Shown one piece after another: positions 19,800 through 30,425 of a stretch of 64,000 bases of DNA. The first letter of the stretch is position 1; each line of letters opens with the position of its first letter. The translations under genes and the position numbers were made by a program. Source of the stretch: Bacteroidota bacterium (GTDB lineage: Bacteria; Bacteroidota; Bacteroidia; AKYH767-A; 2013-40CM-41-45); the NCBI GenBank assembly GCA_026391945.1, contig JAPLDA010000071.1, positions 1,247 to 65,246 of the forward strand, given 5' to 3'. The notes below the pieces were generated by a model, which had not been told where the DNA came from, made no database searches, and saw only the letters and a list, made by a program, of their open reading frames with translations.

Positions 19800-21773
19800 T
19801 TAATTCACCGAAACAATCACAAACTCCGTTCTGCGGTTTTGTGCGCGGCCTTCTTCTTTGTCGTTGGATGCAATCGGTTTCGTGTCACCATAACCTTTAA
19901 AAGACAGGCGTGTAACCGGAATTTTATTGGTAACAAGAAAATCATACACGGCTTTCGACCTGTTTTCAGAAAGCGTTTGGTTGTGCTGCTTCGAACCAAC
20001 ATTATCCGTATGGCCGCTGATTTCAATTTTCACTTTTAAATTTTTATTCAGGAATAAAATGAGTTTACCGAGTTCGGCTTTCGATTCATCTTTGATGTTG
20101 AAAGCATCCGTATCATAAAAAATATTTTTCAGGATCACACTCTCCCCTGCTTTGATGGCATGCATCGGAACATCTTTCAAAAATGGTTCTTTTGCATTCT
20201 TCGGATTTTTTAATTCAAAATTTTCGGAGTAAAATAAGTAGCCGTCTTTGGAAACATTCAACGCATAATTTTTTCCGGCAGGAACACAAACAAGAAATTC
20301 TCCGTTACCGGAATTGGATGTGGATCTCACCACTGGTTTTCCTGAAGCAAGATCAATCAACTCAAAATTCGCCATGAGCGGTTGCCGGGAAGTCGCATCA
20401 AAAACTTTCCCTTTCATGTAGGTAATTTTTTCCGGCCTCGCTTCCGGGTACAAATCAAACTGGTACAAATCCAGTCCTCCCTTTCCACCGGTACGGTCGG
20501 ATGCAAAATAAGCGACATCCCCTGCAGGGCTTACCAGCAAGCTGTTTTCATCATCTGCCGTATTGATCGGGTAACCCAGGTTCACCGGAACACCCCACGA
20601 ACCATCGGCTTGCCGTTTGCTCATGAAAATATCCAGTCCTCCCATTCCCGGATGGCCATCCGAGGAAAAATAAAGTGTCTGGTTATCGGGATGAATGAAA
20701 ACCGACTCTTCATTCCCGGGCGTGTTGATCGAGTCGCTTAACCGAACCGGTTCGCTCCAGTGACTGCTGTCGTCGATACGAGTTTCATAAATATCACGGT
20801 TTGATTTCCCATCTTTCGATTGCGCCTTCCTGATAAAATAAAGTGTTCGTCCGTCGGAAGAAAAAGATGGCTGGCTTTCCCACAGTCCTGTATTAATCGG
20901 TGATTCCAGGTTTCTTGGCGGATTGTATTGGTCACCGGTTTTTTTTGAAATGAAAATATCACAACTTCCCTTTCCTTTCCTGTTCCCGGAATACTTCCCC
21001 TCATCTCCCGGTTCTCCTGCATCCTGGCAGGCTGCAAAAAAAAGGTATTGTCCGTCGGCCGAAAGAGATGGAGCGCCTTCATTGCCGGTGGTGTTTATTT
21101 CCTCCAGCGGTTTTGCTTTTGTCCAGTGATTTTTTACAAAGTTGCTGACATAAAAATCTTCCTGCATTTTTTTATGGCCGAATTCATCAATGGTTTTCAG
21201 CCTTCTTGTGAAAAGAAATGTTTTGCCGTCGGCAGTGATGGCAGGAAAATATTCTTCATCCGCTGAGTTAATGCTGTCGCCCATGTTTAACGGGTTAAAC
21301 GGAACAGGATGCCTGATGGCTTCCATAGCAAAGTCACAACTTTTCAAAAGAAGTTTTGCTTTATCAGAAAGTTCAGCAGGAATGCCGGCATAAGAAAGGA
21401 ATTTTTGAAGATGAACTTTTGCAGAGTCATATTGCAACGTTCTAAATTCCAATCTCCCGACGGAGAGGTAACTGTTCGGAAAATAATCAGGATTTATTTT
21501 AAAAGCTAAACGATACGACTCAATAGCCTTGATATCCTGATGCTGCGCTTCGTACACATTCGCCATCATGATCTGTGCATCCACAAAACGGGGATCTTCT
21601 TTCAGTGCATCCCGTAAATTTTCAATGGCTTTATTATCATAATGTTTATCAAAACAACGAATGGCATTTTGAAAAGAACGGACTGCCCTGGGATTATTAC
21701 TGGAATATTTCCTTTGCTGGCCATGAGCCTGGAGGATGATTAAAAACAATACCGGCAACAGATATTTTCTCAT
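19800..21773 (-). CDS. OmpA-family protein with TPR, PD40 and OmpA_C domains (PorE-like architecture)
   Basis: PD40 repeats (GGLDIF, NLGYPINT); peptidoglycan-binding GHTDNVG...NQTLSENR and NRRTEF. No lipobox Cys seen. Confidence 0.88.
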   Translation of the reverse strand: MRKYLLPVLFLIILQAHGQQRKYSSNNPRAVRSFQNAIRCFDKHYDNKAIENLRDALKEDPRFVDAQIMMANVYEAQHQDIKAIESYRLAFKINPDYFPNSYLSVGRLEFRTLQYDSAKVHLQKFLSYAGIPAELSDKAKLLLKSCDFAMEAIRHPVPFNPLNMGDSINSADEEYFPAITADGKTFLFTRRLKTIDEFGHKKMQEDFYVSNFVKNHWTKAKPLEEINTTGNEGAPSLSADGQYLFFAACQDAGEPGDEGKYSGNRKGKGSCDIFISKKTGDQYNPPRNLESPINTGLWESQPSFSSDGRTLYFIRKAQSKDGKSNRDIYETRIDDSSHWSEPVRLSDSINTPGNEESVFIHPDNQTLYFSSDGHPGMGGLDIFMSKRQADGSWGVPVNLGYPINTADDENSLLVSPAGDVAYFASDRTGGKGGLDLYQFDLYPEARPEKITYMKGKVFDATSRQPLMANFELIDLASGKPVVRSTSNSGNGEFLVCVPAGKNYALNVSKDGYLFYSENFELKNPKNAKEPFLKDVPMHAIKAGESVILKNIFYDTDAFNIKDESKAELGKLILFLNKNLKVKIEISGHTDNVGSKQHNQTLSENRSKAVYDFLVTNKIPVTRLSFKGYGDTKPIASNDKEEGRAQNRRTEFVIVSVN

Positions 21774-21892
21774 GATCATTTTTTGGAAGCAATAAAGATG
21801 CGAACAAAATGAGAACGAAAAACAAACCAAATCTATTTTTGAAAACGAATTTCCGGTTCATCTTTTGGCAACCTGTCATCAAACACCGCCAT

Positions 21893-21924
21893 AAAAAAAG
21901 CTCCACAACATGGAGCTTTCTTCT
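21893..21924 (-). terminator. Intrinsic terminator after slyD
   Basis: AAAGCTCCA-caaca-TGGAGCTTT hairpin with a U-tract on the minus strand. Confidence 0.75.
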
Positions 21925-21945
21925 TGTTACAGATTATTTTTTGAA

Positions 21946-22455
21946 TCAGTGGCCATGCTCTCCGGTATGCACATGACCATGCGCCAGTTCATCTGCTGAG
22001 GCTTCACGCACTTCAACAATTTCTCCGCTGAAATGGAGTGTTTGTCCGGCCAACGGATGATTGAAATCCATGATGACCTCTGCATCATTAAACGAAACCA
22101 CTTTCCCATTCATCCTGTTTCCTTCATGATCGCTCATTGGAAGAACATTACCAGCTTTGAGTACTTCAAAGTCGATCACGTTATCCACTTTAAAAATGTC
22201 GATGGGAAGGTTGATGATGGCATTCGGATCATTGGTACCATACGCTTCATCCGCTTCGATGCTGAAGCTGAATTTTTCACCGATGGACAGTCCGTCGAGG
22301 TTGCGTTCAAAACCCGGGATCATTCCTCCTGTGCCGTACAAAAAAGTAAGCGGATGAGATGCATCGGCAGTCTCAATGTGTTTCTTTTCTTCCGACGGGA
22401 GATTGGCATGAAGCTGATAGCTTACAGATACCACTTTGTTGGTTGTAATTTTCAT
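21946..22455 (-). CDS. slyD: FKBP-type peptidyl-prolyl isomerase with short His-rich tail
   Basis: VSVSYQL, IPGFE, AYG, DFNHPLAG, ELAHGHVH. Confidence 0.92.
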   Translation of the reverse strand: MKITTNKVVSVSYQLHANLPSEEKKHIETADASHPLTFLYGTGGMIPGFERNLDGLSIGEKFSFSIEADEAYGTNDPNAIINLPIDIFKVDNVIDFEVLKAGNVLPMSDHEGNRMNGKVVSFNDAEVIMDFNHPLAGQTLHFSGEIVEVREASADELAHGHVHTGEHGH

Positions 22456-22627
22456 CTACGTTTCAAGTTATTTTTTTTGAATTTTGCCGCGAATGTACCT
22501 ATTATAAGTGGTTTGAGTAAATCTTTTTTCAGGGAAATCATTTTAATCTCATAATTATTCCTGAAGATTGCGCTGCTTTTCCGAAAAAAAACGAATGCCG
22601 CCGCAGTTTAATTAACAACAGGTTCCA

Positions 22628-23938
22628 ATGAAGATGAAGCTTTTTCTAAATGCTCTTGTATTCACGGTGATCATGGCCATCATCTATGCCTTGAGTTACC
22701 TGGGGCCTGCGTGGATCGGGCTCGGAAGATTTAATTCATCCAGAACCATAGGAGTGATCCGGGTACTCCTCGCCTGCACATGGCTTGCCGGTATAACGTA
22801 CAACATCCTCTGGCATAAACATACGATTCAGAAAAAGAGAACGTATATCCTGTTTGTATTCCTGTTTGTATGTTCCCTCCTGGTTTCCTGGACGATTCAT
22901 GCCTCTTACATTCTTGCCGACGTTTACAAGAGCATCAAACAACCGTCGAGAGGCTGGAGAAATAATCCCCACCAATTTGATTCCCTCCTTGGATTCAAAC
23001 CGGTACCCAATGCCAATGGCTTTCACACGTTCCCTACGGGCCATGATATTCCCATGCATTATGATGAAAACGGATTCCGGGTTCCGATGTCGTATGATCA
23101 TTCACAAAACCAGGATCATCATCCGCGGATTCTTTTTCTCGGTTGTTCATTTACGTATGGTGACGCGAATTTCGCAGAGGAAACTTTTCCTTACCTCGTG
23201 GAAAAAGAATTAAACGGTTATACCATCAATGCCGGAGTCTGCTCGTATGGTTTGTCACAGATGCTGGAGCTTTCACAAACTCTGATTCCAAAATACAAAC
23301 CTGATGTCGTTATTTTTCAGCATTCGCCTTGGCTTGTGGAACGGGCACTCAATCAATATGGCCCGGTTTACTTCAGCGTTCTCCCTACTCCTTACTTTGA
23401 TTCTCAAAATCATCTCGTACCTCCCTTATTCAGGAGCCATATTTTTGATTACCCGATGGATGATTTCAAACAATCTAAAAATGGTTTTCGGGATTATTTA
23501 CGTTTCATGAGGATCACATTCCCCATGTATTTTGAAGATGACATGCGCATGTGGCTGATCGCTTTCAAAAAAATGTTTTCACTTGTTCCAAAGCCCAATC
23601 AAAACGAACAGGCGACTGAACAATTCGTGATGCATGAAGTTCATGAAATCTGTAAACAAAACAACTGCAGACTTTTTACTTTGGCATTATCCACGACGAG
23701 GTTGAGCCGGGCAAATTACCCGCCCGACAAGGCAGAAGGGATTCCGGAAATCAATGCGGACTCATGCCTCTATGCGAGACTGACACCAGGAGAGACGTAT
23801 GAAAAAAAATATTTCCATTACAGGATGTCAGGGAAAGATTCTGTGATGGTTGATACTCACCCGAATGAAACCGCTCAAAAAATTATTGCCGGAGAGATTG
23901 TACATGTTCTCAAAAATACAGGGGCAATAAAGCAGTAA
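22628..23938 (+). CDS. Membrane-anchored SGNH/GDSL hydrolase-like protein
   Basis: Three N-terminal TM segments; GFR, LGCSFTYG, NAGV.SYG, DTHPN. Confidence 0.72.
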   Translation: MKMKLFLNALVFTVIMAIIYALSYLGPAWIGLGRFNSSRTIGVIRVLLACTWLAGITYNILWHKHTIQKKRTYILFVFLFVCSLLVSWTIHASYILADVYKSIKQPSRGWRNNPHQFDSLLGFKPVPNANGFHTFPTGHDIPMHYDENGFRVPMSYDHSQNQDHHPRILFLGCSFTYGDANFAEETFPYLVEKELNGYTINAGVCSYGLSQMLELSQTLIPKYKPDVVIFQHSPWLVERALNQYGPVYFSVLPTPYFDSQNHLVPPLFRSHIFDYPMDDFKQSKNGFRDYLRFMRITFPMYFEDDMRMWLIAFKKMFSLVPKPNQNEQATEQFVMHEVHEICKQNNCRLFTLALSTTRLSRANYPPDKAEGIPEINADSCLYARLTPGETYEKKYFHYRMSGKDSVMVDTHPNETAQKIIAGEIVHVLKNTGAIKQ

Positions 23939-24137
23939 TTTTTTTCAGAACGGTGATCCACATTGAAGCGACCAACTGTCATCTGAAGCATGTAAATAAC
24001 CCGGTGGTAATGGGTTTTCTTTCAACAAGCCGGTGTTATCATTTTTTGTCCTGTTATCAACAAAAGCCGCGTAAGTGTTGGTAACTTTCAATCCCCTGAA
24101 AGAAACTTACTGTATTTTTGCAAATTGAATAAAGACT

Positions 24138-24818
24138 ATGATTATTACCTATTACGGGCATTCCTGTTTCGGCGTTGAAGTAAGCGGAAAAAAATTGCTC
24201 TTCGATCCGTTTATTGCTTCCAACCCGTTGGCAAAAAATATTTCAGTACAGGATATCCAGGCGGATTACATTCTTCTTTCGCATGGCCACGAGGATCATG
24301 TCGGCGATGCCGAAAGCATTGCTAAAAGAACCGGTGCCACGGTGATCTGCAACTTTGAATTGCATAACTGGATGAATTCGCTGGGCGTGACCAAGACTCA
24401 CCCGATGAACATCGGCGGACACTGGATTTTTGAATTCGGAAAAGTGAAATGTGTGAATGCTGTACATTCGAGCAGCCTTCCGGATGGCAGATACGGCGGC
24501 AACCCGATGGGCTTCCTGGTAGAAACCGCCGAAGGAAACTTCTATTATGCCGGAGACACGGCGTTGCATTATGACATGAAACTGATCGGCGATTATAAAA
24601 AAATCAAGTTCGCTTTCCTCCCGATCGGGAACAATTTCACCATGGGAATTGATAACGCTGTGATCGCTTCTGATTTCATCCGGTGTGAACGCATCATCGG
24701 GATGCACTACGATACGTTCGAACCCATCCGGATCAACCATGAAGAAGCAAAACGAAGATTCGAACAGACATCAAAAGAATTAACACTGATGAAAATCGGG
24801 GAAAGCATTGAACTTTAA
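24138..24818 (+). CDS. Metal-dependent hydrolase, metallo-beta-lactamase fold (UPF0173)
   Basis: GHSCF, DPF, SHGHEDH, HSS, AGDT, HYDTF. Promoter-like TATTTTTG at 24113-24120. Confidence 0.92.
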   Translation: MIITYYGHSCFGVEVSGKKLLFDPFIASNPLAKNISVQDIQADYILLSHGHEDHVGDAESIAKRTGATVICNFELHNWMNSLGVTKTHPMNIGGHWIFEFGKVKCVNAVHSSSLPDGRYGGNPMGFLVETAEGNFYYAGDTALHYDMKLIGDYKKIKFAFLPIGNNFTMGIDNAVIASDFIRCERIIGMHYDTFEPIRINHEEAKRRFEQTSKELTLMKIGESIEL

Positions 24819-24959
24819 AATCATCACCTGCTCACACAGAAACCTGGCAACAACCAGGGACCTCATTCTTACAACAATAAACCTGATAGAATTTATTATT
24901 CGTATTTTCGTTGGAAATTAATCACAGATTGAACCGATCATCCTGACCAGAAAAAAATT

Positions 24960-25775
24960 ATGGGAAAAATAATAGCCGTTGCAAATCAAAAAGGAGGGGT
25001 TGGAAAAACCACTACAGCCATGAACCTGGCAGCAAGTTTTGCGGTTCTCGAATACAAAACGCTGCTGATCGACAGCGATCCGCAGGCCAATGCAACTTCC
25101 GGGGTCGGGTTTGATCCGCGGACCATCAAAACCAGCATTTACGAATGCATCATCAACGAGGCGAACCCGAAGCATACCATTCTCACCACCACCACTCCGA
25201 ATCTTTACCTGATTCCTTCTCACATCGACCTGGTAGGCGCTGAAATTGAGATGATCAACCTGCCGAACCGGGAACGTAAAATGGCCGATGTGCTTGCGAA
25301 AGTCCGTGATGAATATGACTTCATCATCATCGACTGTTCGCCATCGCTTGGTTTGGTTACCATCAATGCCCTCACTGCCGCCGATTCCGTAATCATCCCC
25401 GTTCAATGCGAGTACTTTGCTTTGGAAGGATTAGGGAAATTGCTGAACACCATCAAAATTGTTCAGACACGGTTGAATACAGAACTTGAAATTGAAGGCA
25501 TCCTGCTTACGATGTACGATTCCCGTTTGCGTTTATCCAACCAGGTGGTGGAAGAAGTGAAAACACATTTTCAGCAGATGGTTTTCGACACCATCATCCA
25601 GCGAAATACGAAACTGGGAGAAGCACCGAGTTTCGGGCAAACCATCATCATGCATGACGCCAGCAGCAAGGGTTCTGTGAATTACCTGAACCTGGCAAGG
25701 GAAATCCTGCAGAAGAACAACCTGACGAAGATTAAAACAGCCGATAAAAAAATCCATGTAACTGATGAGCATTAA
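24960..25775 (+). CDS. parA: Chromosome partitioning ATPase ParA/Soj
   Basis: NQKGGVGKTT, DPQAN, IDCSPSLG, EAPSFG. Confidence 0.96.
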   Translation: MGKIIAVANQKGGVGKTTTAMNLAASFAVLEYKTLLIDSDPQANATSGVGFDPRTIKTSIYECIINEANPKHTILTTTTPNLYLIPSHIDLVGAEIEMINLPNRERKMADVLAKVRDEYDFIIIDCSPSLGLVTINALTAADSVIIPVQCEYFALEGLGKLLNTIKIVQTRLNTELEIEGILLTMYDSRLRLSNQVVEEVKTHFQQMVFDTIIQRNTKLGEAPSFGQTIIMHDASSKGSVNYLNLAREILQKNNLTKIKTADKKIHVTDEH

Positions 25776-26667
25776 AAGAAACGCCTTGGGAAAAGGCCTG
25801 GGCGCACTCCTTGAAAGTATAGAAACAGACATCACCTCGAAGAGCCATGTCACGGAGGGTTCTCCCGCTGTTGCCGGATCGGTGGCCAATATTCCTGTCG
25901 ACCAGGTAGAGTCGAATCCGTTCCAGCCCAGAACCGACTTTGAAGCGGAGGCACTGAAAGAACTTTCCGATTCCATCAAAGAACAGGGAATCATTCAGCC
26001 GATTACTGTTCGCAAACTGGGGTACGACAAGTATCAGCTTATTTCAGGAGAACGCAGGCTGAAGGCTTCTAAAATGGCCGGGCTGAAAACCATTCCTGCT
26101 TACATCCGCATTGCGAACGACCAGAACATGCTGGAGATGGCTCTCGTTGAAAATATCCAGCGGCAGGATCTGAATGCCATTGAAATTGCGATCAGTTATA
26201 AAAGGTTGATTGACGAATGTTCACTCACCCAGGAAGTGCTGAGTACCCGTGTCGGAAAAAACAGGACGACCGTAACCAATTACATGCGATTGCTGAAACT
26301 TCCGCCGGAAATCCAGGTAGCCATCCGTGACGGAAAAATTTCGATGGGTCATGCGCGTGCCATCACCGGCGTTGATGATGTGGTGAAACAACTCATGATG
26401 TTCAAAGAAATCATGTCGGGAAAACTGAATGTGAGGGACACCGAAGAACTGGCGCGGGAAAGCGGGAACAAGTCAACACTTAAGAAAAAAAGTACTCAGA
26501 ATAAAAACCAGCTTTCATTTGAGTTTACAAAAATTCAAAATGTACTATCGAGTCATTTCGGTACAAAAATTCAACTGAAACGAAATGCAAACGGGAGCGG
26601 CCGGATCATCATTCCTTTTGATCATGATGAAGACCTGAACCGTGTTCTTGAACTTCTAAATTACTGA
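25765..26667 (+). CDS. parB: Chromosome partitioning protein ParB/Spo0J
   Basis: ALGKGLGAL, NPFQPR, GERR, ENIQRQDL, HTH, GHARA. Confidence 0.96.
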   Translation: MSIKRNALGKGLGALLESIETDITSKSHVTEGSPAVAGSVANIPVDQVESNPFQPRTDFEAEALKELSDSIKEQGIIQPITVRKLGYDKYQLISGERRLKASKMAGLKTIPAYIRIANDQNMLEMALVENIQRQDLNAIEIAISYKRLIDECSLTQEVLSTRVGKNRTTVTNYMRLLKLPPEIQVAIRDGKISMGHARAITGVDDVVKQLMMFKEIMSGKLNVRDTEELARESGNKSTLKKKSTQNKNQLSFEFTKIQNVLSSHFGTKIQLKRNANGSGRIIIPFDHDEDLNRVLELLNY

Positions 26668-26676
26668 GCGGGAAAG

Positions 26677-27243
26677 GTGAAAAGAACTTCTCTCTTTTTT
26701 CTCCTCGTTGTTTTTTCTTCTCATCTGTTTGCACAGGAAAAACAGGATACCATACCATCCGCAGTTCCTGATACGCTCACGATGGCAGCAAAGCACCGTG
26801 CAAACCGCGCCGCTGTCATGTCAGCCATTGTTCCGGGAGCCGGCCAGGTTTACAATAAATCGTATTGGAAAGTTCCGGTTCTCTATGGCGGACTTGCTGC
26901 ACTGGTTTATTTCATCGACTTCAATAACAAATACTACAGAACTTTTAAAACGGCTTACCAGTACAGGACGGATGCTGACTCCACTACCACGGATGCTTTC
27001 CCCAATTACACCAATGTCGATTTGCTGGTTCGTAAGGATTATTACCGGCGCAACCGCGATTTGTGTTACATCATCACCGGAGTTGTATATGTCCTGAACA
27101 TCATCGATGCTTATGTGGATGCCCACCTGAAAGATTTTGATGTGGGCGATGATCTTTCCCTGCACACACGACCTTACCTTGATCTCGCATCCAATGGAAC
27201 TCCGGTTGCCGGACTCAGCCTTCGTTTGAACATCGGTCATTAA
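26677..27243 (+). CDS. DUF5683 membrane protein
   Basis: SAIVPGAGQVYN..YWK and NIIDAYVDAHL; typical position between parB and dapB. Confidence 0.8.
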   Translation: MKRTSLFFLLVVFSSHLFAQEKQDTIPSAVPDTLTMAAKHRANRAAVMSAIVPGAGQVYNKSYWKVPVLYGGLAALVYFIDFNNKYYRTFKTAYQYRTDADSTTTDAFPNYTNVDLLVRKDYYRRNRDLCYIITGVVYVLNIIDAYVDAHLKDFDVGDDLSLHTRPYLDLASNGTPVAGLSLRLNIGH

Positions 27244-27254
27244 TATCCATACAC

Positions 27255-27992
27255 ATGAAAATAGCTCTGATCGGATACGGAAAAATGGGAAAAGCAATTG
27301 AAGAAATTGCTCTTCAGAAAAATCATGAAGTCGTTCTGAAAGTGGATGAACATTTTGCCGGGGATATTTTATCAGAATTAAAAAAAGCAGACGTTGCCAT
27401 TGAATTCACTTCGCCGGATGCCGCCTTCGGGAACATCATGAAATGTTTCGAAGCCACTGTTCCGGTTGTGTGCGGAACAACAGGCTGGCTGGACAAGATG
27501 GATGAAGTGGTTCGAACCTGTAAAGAAAAAAACCAGGCCTTTTTTTATTCTTCTAATTACAGCATCGGTGTGAATATTTTTTTCGAACTGAATAAAAACC
27601 TGGCCGGTATGATGAACGGTCACCAGCAGTATGACGAAGTTTTTATCCATGAAGTGCATCACGTTCACAAACTGGATGCACCCAGCGGAACAGCCATCAC
27701 ACTTGCCGATCAAATTATGGAACGGATTCAACGATTAAAAACCCGCCGGAATTATTCTGCACAGGAAAAGATATCCACTGTAAAAAGAGAGGATGAACTT
27801 GCAGTATTTTCTTCCCGTGAAGGAGAGGTTCCGGGAACTCACATCGTCAAATATATTTCGGGTGATGATGAAATCGAAATCATTCACAAAGCTTTTAACC
27901 GGAGAGGCTTTGCTTCCGGCGCCTTGCTGGCGGCCGAATGGATTGTTGGAAAAAAAGGCGTGTACGGTATGAAAGACTTATTAAACCTTTGA
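27255..27992 (+). CDS. dapB: 4-hydroxy-tetrahydrodipicolinate reductase
   Basis: GYGKMG, GTTG, HHVHKLDAPSGTA, GFASGA. Confidence 0.95.
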   Translation: MKIALIGYGKMGKAIEEIALQKNHEVVLKVDEHFAGDILSELKKADVAIEFTSPDAAFGNIMKCFEATVPVVCGTTGWLDKMDEVVRTCKEKNQAFFYSSNYSIGVNIFFELNKNLAGMMNGHQQYDEVFIHEVHHVHKLDAPSGTAITLADQIMERIQRLKTRRNYSAQEKISTVKREDELAVFSSREGEVPGTHIVKYISGDDEIEIIHKAFNRRGFASGALLAAEWIVGKKGVYGMKDLLNL

Positions 27993-28087
27993 TGTTAAAA
28001 ATTAACAAGTCTCTAACAGGCTGTGCATTAAAATAACTCTACCTTCGAAGCGTTCATTACTCAATTTTATCAGACCTAAAGCAACCT

Positions 28088-29242
28088 ATGTCACGATTCA
28101 GAATCAACTGGGATTTAATTAAGAATATCATCTTCGGAATTTTCACTCTCGGAGTTTGGTTTTTACTGAAAACAAAACCCGGTCAGCGCAAATCAGCGGT
28201 GAGAGAATGGGTGGACGCCATCATTTTTGCAGTCATCGCGGCAACCATCATCCGGACCTTCTTCATTGAAGCGTATACCATCCCTACACCATCCATGGAA
28301 AAATCTTTACTGGTCGGAGATTTTCTTTTTGTGAGCAAGATCAGTTACGGAGCAAGAATTCCGATGACTCCATTGTCGTTTCCTTTTGCACATCATACCA
28401 TGCCGTTGGTTGGAGGCAAATCATACCTGGAATGGATTAAAGTCGGGTACCACAGGCTCCCGGGATTCAGTAAAATAAAAAACAATGACGTGGTTGTTTT
28501 CAACTGGCCGGCAGAAAATGAAGGACGGCCTGTCGACAAAAAAGAAAATTACATCAAACGCTGTATTGGAATCCCCGGCGACACCATCAAAATCATTGAC
28601 CGGAATGTGTACATCAACTCTAAACTTGCTGACCTTCCGGAGAAATCACAATTTCATTATCATGTGAAGACTGACGGATCAGGATTCAGTGAAACGGCTG
28701 CTAAACGACTTGATTTGAATGACGTCCAGGTCGCTTCGCCGGAAGGTGATTTCATCATCAACATGACAGGAAAAAGTTCAAAAGAAATTAAAGACTTTGG
28801 AAATGTAAAACTCGTTGAACCCCTGATTGATCCCAAAGGAAACTACGAAGATTATATCTTCCCATTTGATAAAGCTTTCCGGTGGAATTACGACAACTTC
28901 GGGCCGCTCTGGATTCCGAAAACCGGGATGACTATAAAAATAGATTCATCCAACATCGCACTTTATCGTAAAGCAATCGGTGAATACGAAGGCAATAAGC
29001 TGGAACAACGTGATGGAAAAATTTTCATCAATGAAAAAGAAGCCACTGAATATACTTTCAAGATGAATTATTATTTCATGATGGGCGACAACCGGCACAA
29101 TTCGGCCGACAGCAGGTTCTGGGGTTTCGTTCCGGAAGATCACATCGTCGGCAAAGCCGTGTTCATCTGGATGAGTTGGGATAGTGAAGGAAGTTTCCTC
29201 GGAAAAGTCCGTTGGAACAGGTTGTTTCATTCGATCAACTGA
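28088..29242 (+). CDS. lepB: Signal peptidase I
   Basis: IPTPSMEKSL (catalytic Ser), YIKRCIG (catalytic Lys), MGDNRHNSADSR. Confidence 0.95.
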   Translation: MSRFRINWDLIKNIIFGIFTLGVWFLLKTKPGQRKSAVREWVDAIIFAVIAATIIRTFFIEAYTIPTPSMEKSLLVGDFLFVSKISYGARIPMTPLSFPFAHHTMPLVGGKSYLEWIKVGYHRLPGFSKIKNNDVVVFNWPAENEGRPVDKKENYIKRCIGIPGDTIKIIDRNVYINSKLADLPEKSQFHYHVKTDGSGFSETAAKRLDLNDVQVASPEGDFIINMTGKSSKEIKDFGNVKLVEPLIDPKGNYEDYIFPFDKAFRWNYDNFGPLWIPKTGMTIKIDSSNIALYRKAIGEYEGNKLEQRDGKIFINEKEATEYTFKMNYYFMMGDNRHNSADSRFWGFVPEDHIVGKAVFIWMSWDSEGSFLGKVRWNRLFHSIN

Positions 29243-29273
29243 TAACCGGAGTCCCGAAAATTATTTTCAACAT

Positions 29274-30326
29274 TCACAACTGTAGAAGAAAGTTCAACGT
29301 ATCTACTCCGTCGGCATAATCCCAAAGTTCCGGATGTTGTGTTTGTCCGAACGGAATGAATTTCTCTCCTGCAACATGGCTGGCTATGCATTGAATTTTT
29401 TCACTCTCTCCTTGCAGCTTTTTTTTCAGCGCTTCCATCTCGTCATAACGCTCATAATACAATACTGAAACCGGTGAAGCGATGGAATCATCCTCTTTTA
29501 AAATCAAAAAATTATTGGTAAGGAAAGGAATTCTCTTCAGGAGATAAATGGCATTGTTGTATTCAAAATTGTTCATGTATTTATGATGCTGGGCAACGAC
29601 AGAAAAAGATTCCAGCGTCCCGAACAGTTTATCAAATTCATAATCCCTGGGAACAAATATTTTTGAAACGTTCCTGCAACCCAAGCCATGATATTGAAAA
29701 ATATCCTTCCCGAGATTCTTCAGCTCACTTTCTGTTTCATTGCCTGTAAGAACAGCCACCGCATTTCGGTTCATGCGGATGATGTGAGGATATTTTCCAA
29801 AATAATATTCAAAATAGCGCGCCGAATTATTACTTCCCGTAGCAATGACAGCATCCATTCCGGATAATTTTTCAACGAATGAAATTCTTTCCTGGAATGA
29901 CGGGGTAATATGAAAAATCAATTCTGAAACATATGGCAACAGAAACGGATCGTCTGATGAATTTTTCCCGATGTACCTGTGTCCACTCACCAGCACACAC
30001 AGCATGTCATGAAGGCCTACCAGCGGAATATTTCCTGCATTCACCACCCCGACGGTCAATTCACGTTTTTGATTTTGCAACGACTGCCGGTAAGGTTCCA
30101 GCCACTCCTCGATTTTATTTTTCTTCAGGGCACCGGCCCATGATTCAAAAGCAAACAGTACCTGCTCCTGTGTAAACCATGGATTTTTCTGGTGTGAGCG
30201 GAGGAGAAGATTTTCAAATTCAGGACGAGTTCCATTTTTCCCGTGAACGGATGCAACCAATTCATTGAAGAGGGTTCCGAGCCTCACCAGGGTTTCTTTC
30301 ATGTTAATTGAAGTTAATACACTCAT
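29274..30326 (-). CDS. Acyl-CoA reductase (LuxC-like, ALDH fold)
   Basis: AGNIPLVGLHD, IATGSNNSARYF, GLGCRNVSK, YADGVDT. Confidence 0.85.
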   Translation of the reverse strand: MSVLTSINMKETLVRLGTLFNELVASVHGKNGTRPEFENLLLRSHQKNPWFTQEQVLFAFESWAGALKKNKIEEWLEPYRQSLQNQKRELTVGVVNAGNIPLVGLHDMLCVLVSGHRYIGKNSSDDPFLLPYVSELIFHITPSFQERISFVEKLSGMDAVIATGSNNSARYFEYYFGKYPHIIRMNRNAVAVLTGNETESELKNLGKDIFQYHGLGCRNVSKIFVPRDYEFDKLFGTLESFSVVAQHHKYMNNFEYNNAIYLLKRIPFLTNNFLILKEDDSIASPVSVLYYERYDEMEALKKKLQGESEKIQCIASHVAGEKFIPFGQTQHPELWDYADGVDTLNFLLQL

Positions 30327-30425
30327 TTATAATCCTCTAAGGTAATGATCAATGTAATTTTGAAATGAAGTTATTATGGCTATTTTTGCCGTCAAAATAA
30401 AACCAAAAGTAGAAAGGAAATAATT

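Noticed and set aside
24000-28000. parS sites or oriC near parAB
   Set aside because: No GTTTCAC-GTGAAAC palindrome or dense DnaA-box cluster found by eye; a scan could still find degenerate sites.
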